From an uncultured Acidobacteriota bacterium (GTDB taxonomy: Bacteria > Acidobacteriota > UBA6911): a DNA stretch of 64,000 nt. A program made the position numbers and the translations under genes. Shown piece after piece: positions 47,842 to 58,809 of this stretch. Under the pieces are notes generated by a model. It was not told where the DNA came from. It saw only the letters and a list, made by a program, of their open reading frames with translations, and ran no database searches. How positions within the stretch are numbered: the stretch's first letter is position 1; each line of letters starts with the position of its first letter. The stretch is taken from assembly GCA_963809485.1 (NCBI GenBank), contig CAWEJX010000012.1, forward strand, positions 32,001 to 96,000. Reading direction: 5' to 3'.

Positions 47842-49096
47842 CTAGATAATTCCGGATTGCTGCAAGAGCACCAGATCTCTTTTTGAAAAACCCAGTTCCT
47901 TTTCATAAATTTCCAGGTTGTGTTCCCCGGGCAAAGGAGCTTTCTTCAAGCCTTGTGAGCGGCGTTTCGGATAATTTTGCGAAGGGTCCGGGATAGGTAA
48001 TCTGTGCCGGAATTTCCGGATAATCAACTTTTGCCCAGAAGTTCCTGGCATCCAATTGTGTGTTTTCAAATATGTCTCGAGCTGTGGACACAGGGCAAAG
48101 CATTATCTTTCTTTTTAAGGCCTGGCCATACAATTCGGCCTTTGTGTATTTCAAAAAAAGCTCCGCGATCGGCGCCTCCATCTGTTCCTGCATTTCCTGT
48201 GTCTGTCTGGACATGTCAAACGCAGTCCAATCGAAATTGGCCATAAGCTCCGAGGCCAAACCCTCTTCCTGCAGCCACGCCGCGATGGCGCGATTGGTCT
48301 TGAGACCGAAATCACCGCCCAAAATATAAAAAATGACGTATCCGTCCTTGCACCGCCACAATAGCTTCTGCTTTGTGTCCGTCCATCGGCCCGAGAGATA
48401 GGATCCTGCGCGCTTGAGAATTTTATGATTCAACTCCCATAGCGGAACGGCATTGGAGAGCTCCCACAGAACACACTCCTGCGCCGACACATCGACATAT
48501 TGCCCTTGCCCGGTTTTTTCACGATAGAAATAGGCGATAAGGCTCGCAGCCGCCGCATGGGCACTGGCTAACAAAAATGACTGCGGAAAACTTATTCTCA
48601 CGGGAGGCGCATCCGGTTTCCCTGTTATGTACAACAGTCCACTCATAGCCATGACCACGAGGTCGGATGCCTTGAAGTTCTTGTAGGGCCCCGTTTGTCC
48701 AAACGGGCTGATCGAGGTATAGATCATGCGGGGATTGAGTTGATTGAGATTGGCATATCCCAGCCCCAATTCATCCATGTATCCCGGCGGGAAGGACTCG
48801 ATTAGGAAATCGGCATGGTTCACGAGAGTCTTGAGAATCTGCTGCCCATCCGCAGAATCGAGTTTCAGCGTTATGCCTCGTTTGTTTGCATTGTAGGCCA
48901 ACCATACAAGGCTTCTTTCCGGCGCCGGAGTTTGGCGATAAAAGGGGCCGATGCGCCTGTCCGGATCGCCTCCAGGCTTTTCAATTTTTATGACGTCTGC
49001 TCCCAGGTCCGCCAGAATCCTGCCGCACAGGTAGCCGTTATTGTTAGTTAAATCCAGCACTCGCGGCGATCGAGCCAGACATTTCTTCTCTTCCAT
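47842..49096 (-). CDS. Class III CoA-transferase, BbsE-like subunit (+1 frameshift near 47940)
   Basis: LADLGADVIKIEKPGGD, NANKRGITL; catalytic Asp position reads PQSF. Confidence 0.88.
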
Positions 49097-49100
49097 CCGA

Positions 49101-50285
49101 TTAGTTTCCTTTAGGGCGTAATCGATTATCCAGCGGGGAGAAATTATTCTTCCTGGACGGCAGAGCCACAATCGCATAGCCGGGCATTACATTTTCATGC
49201 CTTTGATTTATCGCGGATCGTTCGATACGAACGCAGGAATCTCCGTCGGCATCCATGAACTTTTCGGTAACCTTGCCCTTGATCCAAACGACGTCCGATA
49301 AATATACGAACTTATTGTATTCCGTATAACTTCTCTTCAGCCAGCCATCGTCTCCCATCCAATTGGTGATCAGTTGAACGGCCCAGCAGTGCCTTTGAAC
49401 GCCGACATCGTAGGAGTGCGGAAGCCCCATGGCATTGGCCGCGGCCCGGTTATAATGAACGGCAAAAATCGGTTCGAGCGCTGAGGTGTTGGGATCCCGG
49501 AAAGCCCAGGCCGGATGCTTTTGATAGGATCGCAAAGCCACACCGTGGGCCTGCAATCTCGGGATAGGGACTCCTCCGCCGATAACGTAAGCTATTTCAT
49601 CCGTGACTCCGAGCGGCCCTTTGACCACCGGTTTAAGCTCATCCCCGATTTCAACGTCTTCCCAATACCGCGGGTTGGAGCCTCGGATTTCCTCGGAAAG
49701 AATTTCCTGTTCAATCTGCTGCAATTGTTCCTCGGTCCAGGGATGCGGCAATTCGATGTGAGCGTGCCTTTTTTTCTCGCGGGCCTTAGCCCTGGCAAAA
49801 TGAACCACCCACCAGCGATACCTGGCGATTAGATCCCCGTTCTGGTTCCAATATTGATTTTGAAAATGATCTATCACGGTTTCGTCAGCATAGCTGCTTT
49901 CCTTCGGCCCCTCAAAACTCTTGAATACGCACTCTGCCGATATTTTATCCCCTATATAGATCGGCTTCATGAATTCCACATCGCAGCCCGCATGAAAGCC
50001 TCCCAGTCCTCTCCAGCCAAATATTACATGCGCAAAACAGGCCCAGACAAAGGAAGGAGGAGCCACGATGCGGCCATACGGGCTATTTTGGGCATATTCC
50101 TTATCACTCCATAGAGGATTCACATCTCCTACGCCCTCGATGAATTTGAGAATCGCCATTCTGGATGCATACTCGTTGTGCGTGCTTTCGTCTATCCGCA
50201 GCGAGAGGCCCAGTTTGGCGCGCATTCCCTCTATCATTTCCTTGGTGATTGTCGAATCCGGCATCACCACCTTTTTTTCGGTCAT
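49101..50285 (-). CDS. Double hot-dog MaoC-like acyl-CoA (de)hydratase
   Basis: GDVNPLW...IVAPPSF, YWEDVEIGDEL, VHYN...YDVG, ITNWMGDDG. Confidence 0.85.
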   Translation of the reverse strand: MTEKKVVMPDSTITKEMIEGMRAKLGLSLRIDESTHNEYASRMAILKFIEGVGDVNPLWSDKEYAQNSPYGRIVAPPSFVWACFAHVIFGWRGLGGFHAGCDVEFMKPIYIGDKISAECVFKSFEGPKESSYADETVIDHFQNQYWNQNGDLIARYRWWVVHFARAKAREKKRHAHIELPHPWTEEQLQQIEQEILSEEIRGSNPRYWEDVEIGDELKPVVKGPLGVTDEIAYVIGGGVPIPRLQAHGVALRSYQKHPAWAFRDPNTSALEPIFAVHYNRAAANAMGLPHSYDVGVQRHCWAVQLITNWMGDDGWLKRSYTEYNKFVYLSDVVWIKGKVTEKFMDADGDSCVRIERSAINQRHENVMPGYAIVALPSRKNNFSPLDNRLRPKGN

Positions 50286-50334
50286 CAGCCACCTCTTCAG
50301 CACGATCCGATCGTTCCAGCTGTATGCTTTGGAT

Positions 50335-51693
50335 CTATACCTCGCCAATTCCAATACCAAAATGTTTTCTCAGTTCAGTGACATAATCCGGATCCATGCA
50401 CCCCGCCTGTTGTTTTTCCAGCAAATCTACTCGTGTGGGCCTTCCGGGTGGGAACTCGGGCGTCCTGGAAATGACCTTCTCCTGCTCCAGATGCGCAAGG
50501 TCCTGCTTCGACATGCCCAACAAGGAACAAAGAACGTATTCGTTGTCCTCTCCAAAATGAGGAGCTCGTTTCAGTGCAGATTTCTTGAATCCCCGGAACT
50601 TTGCCGGTATCTGGCTGGGTATCGGTCTCTTACCTATGCCCTCCCCGTGGTCGACACACTGAAAGAAGCCTCGCTTCATGAGGTGAGGATTCAGGTTGAT
50701 TTCTTTCATGTTGAGCGCCGGCCCGGCCGGAATTCTCAACCTCTGCAGGGTATACAATACTTCGAATTTGTCCCGCCGAGCAGTCCATTGCTCAATGAGG
50801 CAATCCAATTCAGGTTGCCTTGCAAGCCTGGCCTGCCTGGAGGAGAATGCCGGGTCCCTTAAGGCTTCCGGCTCATGAATCTCCCGGACGAAGCGTTTCC
50901 ATTGGCTATCGGTTTCTATGGCAATCGCCACCCATTCGTCATCTCCCTTACAGCGGTAACAGCCGTGAGGGGCACATCCCGGATGACGATTGCCCATGCG
51001 TTTCCGGTCGCGAGTGTTCAGGATGTAATCGAGAACTATGTCGCCCAGATGACAAATGGTGGCTTCTCTTCCGGAAACATCCACGTACTGTCCCTTGCCG
51101 GTTTTCCTCTGATGGAAAAGTGCGGTCATCAGCGCCATGGCGGCATGTGCGCCCGTAACCCAATCCCCGTATGCGAAACCGGACAGAAGCGGGGGCTCAT
51201 CAGAATTGCCGGTGTTGTGCGTCAAACCACTCATCCCCTCCATGCCCGGCACATACATATAGTAGTCTTTGAGGGGGCCATCGTGTCCCAAACCGCTGAT
51301 TGAAACCATGATGATTCGAGGATTGATCTTCTTTATGCGTTCGTAGTTCAATCCCCAATTGGTCATGACCCTGGGCGAATAGTTCTCAATGACTGCGTTG
51401 CTCACTTTTAGCAGCTGCCTGAAGATATCGCGTCCTTCTTCGGTGGCCATGTTGAGTGAAATGGCCCGTTTGCCTGCATTGAGGGAGTGAAACAGGCAAC
51501 CGCGGTTCCAGGGATCGGTGCCCGGGTTGTTATCGGGATAGACATTGGCTCGCGTAAATACGTCGGGGCGTTGCCATGATTCTATCTTGATAACTTCAGC
51601 CCCCAATTCGGCCAGTATCTTGGTGGCAACGGGACCCGCAAAAACCATGGTCAGATCGATAATCCTGATGCCCTCTAAAATCTTGTATGCCAT
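50335..51693 (-). CDS. Class III CoA-transferase, catalytic-type subunit
   Basis: LEGIRIIDLT, AGP, AYGDW with conserved Asp. Confidence 0.93.
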   Translation of the reverse strand: MAYKILEGIRIIDLTMVFAGPVATKILAELGAEVIKIESWQRPDVFTRANVYPDNNPGTDPWNRGCLFHSLNAGKRAISLNMATEEGRDIFRQLLKVSNAVIENYSPRVMTNWGLNYERIKKINPRIIMVSISGLGHDGPLKDYYMYVPGMEGMSGLTHNTGNSDEPPLLSGFAYGDWVTGAHAAMALMTALFHQRKTGKGQYVDVSGREATICHLGDIVLDYILNTRDRKRMGNRHPGCAPHGCYRCKGDDEWVAIAIETDSQWKRFVREIHEPEALRDPAFSSRQARLARQPELDCLIEQWTARRDKFEVLYTLQRLRIPAGPALNMKEINLNPHLMKRGFFQCVDHGEGIGKRPIPSQIPAKFRGFKKSALKRAPHFGEDNEYVLCSLLGMSKQDLAHLEQEKVISRTPEFPPGRPTRVDLLEKQQAGCMDPDYVTELRKHFGIGIGEV

Positions 51694-51708
51694 TCTCGTC
51701 CCGATCGT

Positions 51709-52914
51709 TTATATGATCCCGGCGCTCTGCAATTTTTTGATTTCTCTTTGTGTGTACCCCAATCCCCGATAAAACTCACGATTGTGCTCTCCCAACAGCG
51801 GAGCCCTTCCGGGGAGCCACGGTGTTTTGCCCAGTTTGACTGGCGATCCGGGGCTGGCAATTCTGCCCAGATGTGGATGATGCGTCGTATCAAAGAACTT
51901 CCTGGCTTTCAATTGCTGGTCCTTGAAGAGTTCTCCGGCGCTCAGGACGGGAGTGAAGGCCAGGCGCAGCTCCTGGGCTTCGGCTGTAATGTCCCATTTG
52001 TTGCGGCTCATCAGCCACGGAATGATCAGGGCGTCAAATCCTTCCGGATCGGCCATGCGCGTTCGCGGGTCGGCAAAAAAGCCGCTATTTTGAAGTTCAG
52101 GTTCGTTGATCAGAAAAGGAATATTCGGCGCGCCTCCGATGCCGGGCGTGAGGCTGATCCATCCATCTTTACAGGGGACGCTGTAACCTATGGGGTAACC
52201 GTGGATGGCAAATGGATTGGTGCGTCTGCTAAATCCCAGGTACGAATATTCCGTAACATGTCCCATTAAAGTGCTGGCAACACACTCCATCATGCCTACA
52301 TCTATCGATACACCACTATTGTTCTTTGCCCGACCTATCAGAGCCGCTACTGTCCCTATATAGCTCAGCACCCCGGTCGAGAATTCCGCCTGGTATCCTC
52401 CTTGTACTGCAGGTCTTGTTTTGGGTTTAGTGCCCGGTCTCATCGGGTACACTGTCCCGCCGAGGGCCGATACCGTGAGATTATTTGCGCGGTAGCGACG
52501 GTAGGGCCCGGTTTTGCCAAAAGCTGAAATGGAGGTCACGATCATGCGGGGATTGATGGTCCGCAGTATTTTCCCGGATAAACCCAGTTTTTGGAGAGTG
52601 CCCGGAACATAGCTTTCCACAAAAATATCTGTTGTTTTCAAAATCCGCTTTAATATTTCCGTCCCTTTTTTGCTTTGGACGTTTAATGTGATGCTTTTCT
52701 TATTCGTATTCAGATAAAAGAAAGTGCCGCTCTTCTCGAGGTCGTACTCATCGTTTGGGAACGGCCCTATTTCCCGGGTGATGTCCCCAAAATTCGGTCT
52801 TTCGACCTTAATCACTTCAGCGCCAAAAGAAGCAAACAATTTCGTGCAATAGGGACCTGCGATCCCCTGCGTAAGGTCCAGTATCTTAACGCCGCTGAAC
52901 ACCCGTTCGCTCAT
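51709..52914 (-). CDS. Class III CoA-transferase, partner subunit
   Basis: GVKILDLT, NTNKKSITL; YQAEF at the catalytic Asp position. Confidence 0.9.
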   Translation of the reverse strand: MSERVFSGVKILDLTQGIAGPYCTKLFASFGAEVIKVERPNFGDITREIGPFPNDEYDLEKSGTFFYLNTNKKSITLNVQSKKGTEILKRILKTTDIFVESYVPGTLQKLGLSGKILRTINPRMIVTSISAFGKTGPYRRYRANNLTVSALGGTVYPMRPGTKPKTRPAVQGGYQAEFSTGVLSYIGTVAALIGRAKNNSGVSIDVGMMECVASTLMGHVTEYSYLGFSRRTNPFAIHGYPIGYSVPCKDGWISLTPGIGGAPNIPFLINEPELQNSGFFADPRTRMADPEGFDALIIPWLMSRNKWDITAEAQELRLAFTPVLSAGELFKDQQLKARKFFDTTHHPHLGRIASPGSPVKLGKTPWLPGRAPLLGEHNREFYRGLGYTQREIKKLQSAGII

Positions 52915-52958
52915 AAAATCACGCTGACTTGCCGGCAACAGAGATGTTCGTACCATAA

Positions 52959-52970
52959 TACGTATACGTA
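52959..52970. promoter_or_regulatory. Palindromic operator candidate (TACGTATACGTA)
   Basis: Perfect 12-mer, 45 nt upstream of the CoA-transferase ATG. Confidence 0.65.
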
Positions 52971-53035
52971 CATGGCGGCTTTCAACAGGCATCCTGTGGT
53001 TCGGTTGAATCGAGTCTGCATATAAATTGGCCGTG

Positions 53036-54761
53036 CTACTCAGCCGGCAGGATTTTTTCCCAGTTTGCCGGCAATTGGATCCTTTTGCTGACCGGGGGCC
53101 CTTGCTCGTGGTTTTGGACATAGCCTCTGCTGCGATTTCGCCCGGAGTCCCCACTGACCACAATCCCAATCCATTCGGGCTTCAAAAATACCGGAACCAT
53201 TCTTGCCGGATCGTCTGACTCGCAATACAGGTGTGAAATCAGCTTCTCGTCCACCCTTCGGCGCAGGCTGAAGCCGGTAAAACCTCCCTGCCAGGCGAGT
53301 CTTTCCATTGAGGCCACAGACACCTTGGAGTGGTCATACAAATACTGCTGCACGTCCTTTTTCTGCAACCCGTCTTTTGCCAGCACGCGTGCTATGCTTG
53401 GACTGATTACCAATAAAGGAAAAAATTTCCCCCAATTGACGGCCATGTGGGTCCAGGTCGACATGGCTCCCCCGAACACTTCCACGAATGTGTCCAGGTG
53501 GTCCCTGGCTTTATCCCCTCCACTGGCAATCGGCGCTGTTGCGTATACAACACTCTGGACGGTGACGACACTATCGTCGGGTTTAAAGCCGCGAGAAACG
53601 CTGAACGATTCCCATCCAAGCTCGGTCAATACATCCTCATTCTCGGCCAGAGCTACCTTGAATGTTTCACCGATCGTCGCCTTATCCGTTGTTCCGGGTG
53701 GTATCCGCAAACCGGCCACATTCCTCATGAACAGCCTCAAAAAGCGGCCCATGCTGGTATTGGCCTGGCGGCCAACTCGCATCACCCCGGTTTCATAGTT
53801 GATATTCAGGTCTTTTATTATGGGGCCATTGAGAACAATCAGCGGCTCCCAGCCGGGGGTACTGCCGGCATCCTCAATCCGGAATTCAGGATCGGAAACA
53901 GCCTCTATAACGGCCAGGAGAACGGGCATATATTCCGGTCTGCACCCTGCCATTACGCCGTTAACAGCGATGTTCCAGACCGTGGCCGCCCGGCTTTCGG
54001 GAAGCAAAATCCCGATGACTTCTTCCCGCGACCGGTCCGTAAATTGAAGAAACTTTTCGACTCTGTCGATGGTCGGAGGGATCACCGGGAGACCATCGGT
54101 CCATTGTCTCCTGATAAAAAACTCCTGAACTTCATCCAAAGTCCCCCGGAAAATGATTTGGTCCGGTTCCGGTTCTTTTGTTCTGGCCGCCTGCGTTACA
54201 GGTTTGGTAAATACCTGAATGATATTGTCGACAAGGGTACCGGTAACCTTTTGGATCAACTCTTCCCGGCTGTCTACGGACACCACGCCTGGATACTCCG
54301 CCACGGGCAGATTCTGGACTCCCAGGCTCTGGCCCACTGTCTGGACTTGTTTCAAAAAGCCGGTGGTGATAATCGAGGCTGAAGGAATGCCGGCTTTTTC
54401 AGCAACTACGCTTGCCCGCGCAACCGCGGGCGAGCAGCTGCCTCAGCCTCCGACTCCGGATATAACGGCATCACAGCCGATATTGACGAAGTCTGTCTGC
54501 CAGGGTGGCAATGATCTCGGCTTCTTGCGGGCCATGCGTATTGCCGAAGGTCTCATATTCAATGAATTTTACACCCGGATATCGCTCGGACAGTGAGGCT
54601 CGGATGAGAGGAAAAATTTCTTCCGCCCTGAAACCGTAGTCCGACAACTCACAGATAGTCTTGCCGGATAAATCCGCAATTCGAGGCGCCAGGGTTACCT
54701 TTTCAGATATTATTTTCCCAAGAGGCCATACAACTTCGTATCCCGTCTCTTGCATCATCAA
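53036..54761 (-). CDS. UGSC-family selenoprotein, no signal peptide (Sec TGA at 54443-54445; +1 frameshift near 54480)
   Basis: CDAVISGVGG-TGA-GSCSPAVARASVVAEKAGIPS in frame with ORF 54355; WTDGLPVIPPT domain follows. Confidence 0.88.
54401..54442 (-). promoter_or_regulatory. Bacterial SECIS-like element
   Basis: GGCAGCTGC/GTAGTTGCT lower stem, GCCCGCG-GTTG-CGCGGGC upper stem; loop begins with G, 18 nt after the TGA. Confidence 0.8.
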
Positions 54762-54851
54762 TCTCCCGATCTCGCCGTGGATACACGGCTTTCAGCATAT
54801 TCGCCTCAAAAAACCGATCCTCTCTATCCCAATGCAATTGGCGGATACACC

Positions 54852-56594
54852 TTATTTAATCGTCGGACTTCCCCATCCTCCGTATTTAGAGAGGAGGGAG
54901 TGCCAGTTTTGAGGAACGTGTATCGGTTTGGTTACAAAATGCGATGGCCCATATCCCCAGGTCCCTATATAGGCAATCATGTCGGGACCGGGGCCTCCAG
55001 CAACGCAGACCTTGAGGCTTTCCGGATTGAGAAGCAGCGGTACCGGGGCATTCGGGTCTTTCTGATGTTTTTCAATAACCCATTTCGGCAGCCTGCAGAA
55101 TCCCGGGGCTTCCCTTCCGTCGAACACCTCGTTTCCGGGCAACTGGATTCTTTCGTATAGCTTTTCCTGGAGTTTCTTTCTGGAAAAACCTTCCCGACGG
55201 ATAGCCTCAAATGCAGTCGGCGAAATAAGCACCAGATTGTTGTAGATACAGTTAAGAGCATACCGGTCATATTTCGCTTTTGCCTGGAGGCTAATATGGG
55301 AAATGATTCTCTCGACGGAAGGAGGAGTCGGCAATACCAGGTCCGGCTGCCAGGACATGGCCGGCATCACGCTGATTGTCGGCTGATCGTCAGGAAATCC
55401 TTCGGCGACTCGCAATGGTTCCCATGCGCCTGAGTATGCCGATTCATTCTCTCCTATCAGGGAGTAATATCTGAAAGGGCTCCCGAAGGCTTTCATGTCA
55501 TTGATGCCGGGCCAGGTTTGGCCCAGGTTCATCATTATCAGCTTAAGCGCCCGCCCGATCGCTGCATTCGCTTTCCATCCCGGACCCACTGTGCAAAAAC
55601 TATCATTTATATTGAGTTCATCGATCAGCTTTTTCCCGCTGACAACAAAGAAAGGAGCCACCTGGCCGGATGTGCACTGCACGCCTATGAGGTCAAACAA
55701 GGGATCGATGATCGCTTCCACCGCAGCCAGGATGACGGGCATATGCTGCGGCAGGCACCCGGCCATCGCCGCATTGACCGCGATCTTCTCTATGGTCGCG
55801 TTCACTCCACTGGGAGGGAACCGGGCTATGACGTGCTCGCGCGGCAAGGATGCCCCTTCAAGCATTCTTGCCACTGCCTCTTCCGTCGGCGGTGCCAGCG
55901 GCAAGCCATCGCTCCAGCCATGATTCAGGAAAAAGCGCTCCATTTCCTCCTGAGCTGCAAGGAAATCCTTGCCGCCGAATGCCAGACTCGCTTCATTGAC
56001 TTCCGGTATCTCAGGAGGCTGCGGGGACCACCGGGTCAAAGATCTGACAACCTCGTCCGCAACCTTCTCGGCTATCTCCAATTTCTCAATTTCCTCTGCA
56101 GGCGGTACATAATCCAAAATCAACGGAGCCACTGCCAGGTCTTCCAAACCTTCGCTCCTTGCAAGAAACCTGGCGTTGGATTTAAAACAGTTTGTGACTA
56201 TGAATGCCACCGGCTTCCCCAATTTCTCAATACGGATGGCATCCGGGGCGGTTCGGGTCGTGCTGCCTCCCGACATTCCCATCGCGACGATCACGGCATC
56301 GCTATTGTCGGCAACCTCTCTGAGTTTAGCCGCCCTGGCATCCGCATCCCCCAGCACCGACATTTCCCACGTGCGGAATTCGGCGTCGGGCATTCTGTTT
56401 CTCAGGGCCTTGTCCAGGTAAGGATAGAATATCTGGCCCACCGGGACGCGGTTTCTGAGGATGCCGATCTTCACCCCATTCAGGTCCTTCAGACGAGGCG
56501 CATTGGGTATTGGAGCAATCTCCGAACTCGCCGTGGGATTCAAAACCCTCAGATGCGTTTGGCCGCTGGTCACGTTGGTATCCTCCCGGAGCAA
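54852..56594 (-). CDS. UGSC-family paralogue without Sec/Cys (SGGS in place of UGSC)
   Basis: DAVIVAMGM-SGGS-TTRT...IEKLGKPVA; GWSDGLPLAPPT; close paralogue of 44764..46483. Confidence 0.9.
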   Translation of the reverse strand: MLREDTNVTSGQTHLRVLNPTASSEIAPIPNAPRLKDLNGVKIGILRNRVPVGQIFYPYLDKALRNRMPDAEFRTWEMSVLGDADARAAKLREVADNSDAVIVAMGMSGGSTTRTAPDAIRIEKLGKPVAFIVTNCFKSNARFLARSEGLEDLAVAPLILDYVPPAEEIEKLEIAEKVADEVVRSLTRWSPQPPEIPEVNEASLAFGGKDFLAAQEEMERFFLNHGWSDGLPLAPPTEEAVARMLEGASLPREHVIARFPPSGVNATIEKIAVNAAMAGCLPQHMPVILAAVEAIIDPLFDLIGVQCTSGQVAPFFVVSGKKLIDELNINDSFCTVGPGWKANAAIGRALKLIMMNLGQTWPGINDMKAFGSPFRYYSLIGENESAYSGAWEPLRVAEGFPDDQPTISVMPAMSWQPDLVLPTPPSVERIISHISLQAKAKYDRYALNCIYNNLVLISPTAFEAIRREGFSRKKLQEKLYERIQLPGNEVFDGREAPGFCRLPKWVIEKHQKDPNAPVPLLLNPESLKVCVAGGPGPDMIAYIGTWGYGPSHFVTKPIHVPQNWHSLLSKYGGWGSPTIK

Positions 56595-56598
56595 TGCA

Positions 56599-57624
56599 TT
56601 ATTTCGGCCGGATCCCTTTCGAATAATTCACCCGGCCTACATAGAATTCCTCCTCAGGCTCGCGCGGCGTTACACCTGCCCTTTTCAGGCCTGCCCGCAT
56701 GGCATCCTTCAAGCGCTGGAACAGGAATGACGTCGGTTTCCTGAACATGCCTCCATTCCCGCCAGTCAGCCACTGCATGTATTTCATTCCCAGCATCCCG
56801 CCCTGAAACGCGGCATCCCGGGCGCCCATAATTATCGGAGTCAGCTCCCAGTAGAGTTCCATCCCTTTGGAGAACTCTCCTTGAGCGAACAGATTGAACA
56901 TCCGGACTATTCTTGGATTCTCCGCTGTCTGGTCGAAGATTACGTAGTCGGCCGGCCCCGCCCACTGTTGTCCGTATTTGGCGACAGTGATCGGCCATTC
57001 CGCCATTTCTGCGGCCTGAAGCAGCACTTGATCGCCGACACGATGGTGAACGTCAACCCACTTTCCAAGGCCGTCACTGAGATAGGCCTTTATTGCCACT
57101 ACGTTGGGTATTTGACAGATTCTCTCGATGAGCGCCGGATTGAACATGCTTGGATGAAATCTTCCGAAATCGTAAAAAGGTTTCGGCCAGAGATCGACAG
57201 CGAGGTTGATGGAATCGCATATCTTTTGGGTGACGCGATAGATGTCCTCTTCCGATTTGGCATAAAAGTTGCCCGGCCAGCCCAAAAGAGTGTGGGTTCC
57301 GCCCACGCTTTCGAAATAATTCAGCAATTCTATCGATTGATCGGCATCGTCAAGGGCTCCGAACATGGACACAAGAACTTTGCCCTTGGCTTCTTCAGCG
57401 ACAATTCTTACAAATTGCCTGCGCTCTTCATTGCTCAAAGCGCTGACTTCTAAGGCGCAAAATACGCTGAACATGCCTTTTTCTATGTTGTGCCTGACGT
57501 CGTGCCGGATCCCTTCCTCATCCAGCGCCTCGAGGTCCGGAGTGTACGAGGGTTGAATGACTCCATCCAATCCGCGATAGTGCTTTTTGGCCCATGCCTT
57601 CGCTTCTGGTTTTGTAAATTCCAT
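56599..57624 (-). CDS. DHDPS-like class I aldolase/lyase
   Basis: TPDL..LDEEGIRHDV, EER, IPNVVAIK Schiff-base Lys; lacks GTTGE. Confidence 0.85.
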   Translation of the reverse strand: MEFTKPEAKAWAKKHYRGLDGVIQPSYTPDLEALDEEGIRHDVRHNIEKGMFSVFCALEVSALSNEERRQFVRIVAEEAKGKVLVSMFGALDDADQSIELLNYFESVGGTHTLLGWPGNFYAKSEEDIYRVTQKICDSINLAVDLWPKPFYDFGRFHPSMFNPALIERICQIPNVVAIKAYLSDGLGKWVDVHHRVGDQVLLQAAEMAEWPITVAKYGQQWAGPADYVIFDQTAENPRIVRMFNLFAQGEFSKGMELYWELTPIIMGARDAAFQGGMLGMKYMQWLTGGNGGMFRKPTSFLFQRLKDAMRAGLKRAGVTPREPEEEFYVGRVNYSKGIRPK

Positions 57625-57696
57625 AAACAGCTCCTTGCAGTGGTGATAACGCGTTTTATCCGTTATCGCATATACATAGGTGTCTTCTATTTCGTG

Positions 57697-58743
57697 TCAT
57701 GCCTCATATTTTTTGAGCCTGTAACCTTTTGCATAATTTACGCGGCCCACATAAAACTCCTCCTCCGGCTCACGCGGAGTAATTCCCAGGGCTTTCATAC
57801 CGGCCCTGATGGCATCCTTTTGATAATCGTACAGACGGCCTGTAGGCTGCCGGACGGTTCCGCCATTTCCGCCGGCGCACCAGTGAGCGTATTTATCCGA
57901 TAGAGCGGTCACGATGCCGGTGTGAAAGTAGGAATCCGCCAACGACCCCTGTGCGCCCGGCCGGGACATCCCCCAGAAGATATCCATAGCCTTGTCGATC
58001 TCGCCCTTGATTAAATTGTCGAATATCCTCACGATTCGCGGATTCTCAGGAGTCTGCATACAATAAAAAGGCCCTGCGCCGGCCCACTGCTGCCCGTACT
58101 TCGGGATAGTGAAAAACCATCTGTCCGGCATCGGATCACTGACCAGGATTCGATCACCGCAAAGATGGAAAGCCTGAATGGTGAGTGCAAGGGAACTGCC
58201 GCCGGTGACTTTCATCGCCACGACGTTGGGGATGTCGCAAATTCGGCGCATCACGTCCGGCGGGAAATAACTTGGATGGAAATGCCATGTGTGCAGCCGG
58301 CCGGGATAAAACGTTATTGCCAGGTTGGTGGACTCGCACATGAATTTATACATCTGGAAAATGTCTTCTTCCGACCGGGGGTAATATTGCACCGGATGGG
58401 CAAGCGTGACATGAGTGCCGCCGACCTTTTCGATATGATGCAGCATCTCGATATCCTGCTCGACCGTGTCCTGCATGACGCTTACGGAACTGTGCATTTT
58501 GCCTTTGGCTTCGTCGCAGACTATCTGCACGAATTGCTTCCGTTCCTCGAATGTCATGCCGCAGGCCTCGGGCGCAGCCATTATCGAAGTAAAGCCATTG
58601 GCGTAAATCTGGTTGACATCGAAACGGATGCCATCGTCATCCAGCTTTTCAAGGTCGGGAGTGAAAGAAGGGAAAATCGGCACTTCCAGGCCTTTCATAT
58701 GCTTCTTTGCCCACAATTTAGCTTCTGATTTGGTGTATTCCAT
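57697..58743 (-). CDS. DHDPS-like class I aldolase/lyase
   Basis: IPNVVAMK; paralogue of the neighbouring gene. Confidence 0.85.
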   Translation of the reverse strand: MEYTKSEAKLWAKKHMKGLEVPIFPSFTPDLEKLDDDGIRFDVNQIYANGFTSIMAAPEACGMTFEERKQFVQIVCDEAKGKMHSSVSVMQDTVEQDIEMLHHIEKVGGTHVTLAHPVQYYPRSEEDIFQMYKFMCESTNLAITFYPGRLHTWHFHPSYFPPDVMRRICDIPNVVAMKVTGGSSLALTIQAFHLCGDRILVSDPMPDRWFFTIPKYGQQWAGAGPFYCMQTPENPRIVRIFDNLIKGEIDKAMDIFWGMSRPGAQGSLADSYFHTGIVTALSDKYAHWCAGGNGGTVRQPTGRLYDYQKDAIRAGMKALGITPREPEEEFYVGRVNYAKGYRLKKYEA

Positions 58744-58809
58744 ATTTGTCTCCCCGGTCCGATTGCAGATTTCCGATTGAATAAGGTCTATTCAATCCGC
58801 GACCCGCGG

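Noticed and set aside
54471-54473. TGA ending ORF 54471..54761 as the Sec codon
   Set aside because: It is out of frame because of the +1 insertion; the real UGSC TGA is at 54443-54445
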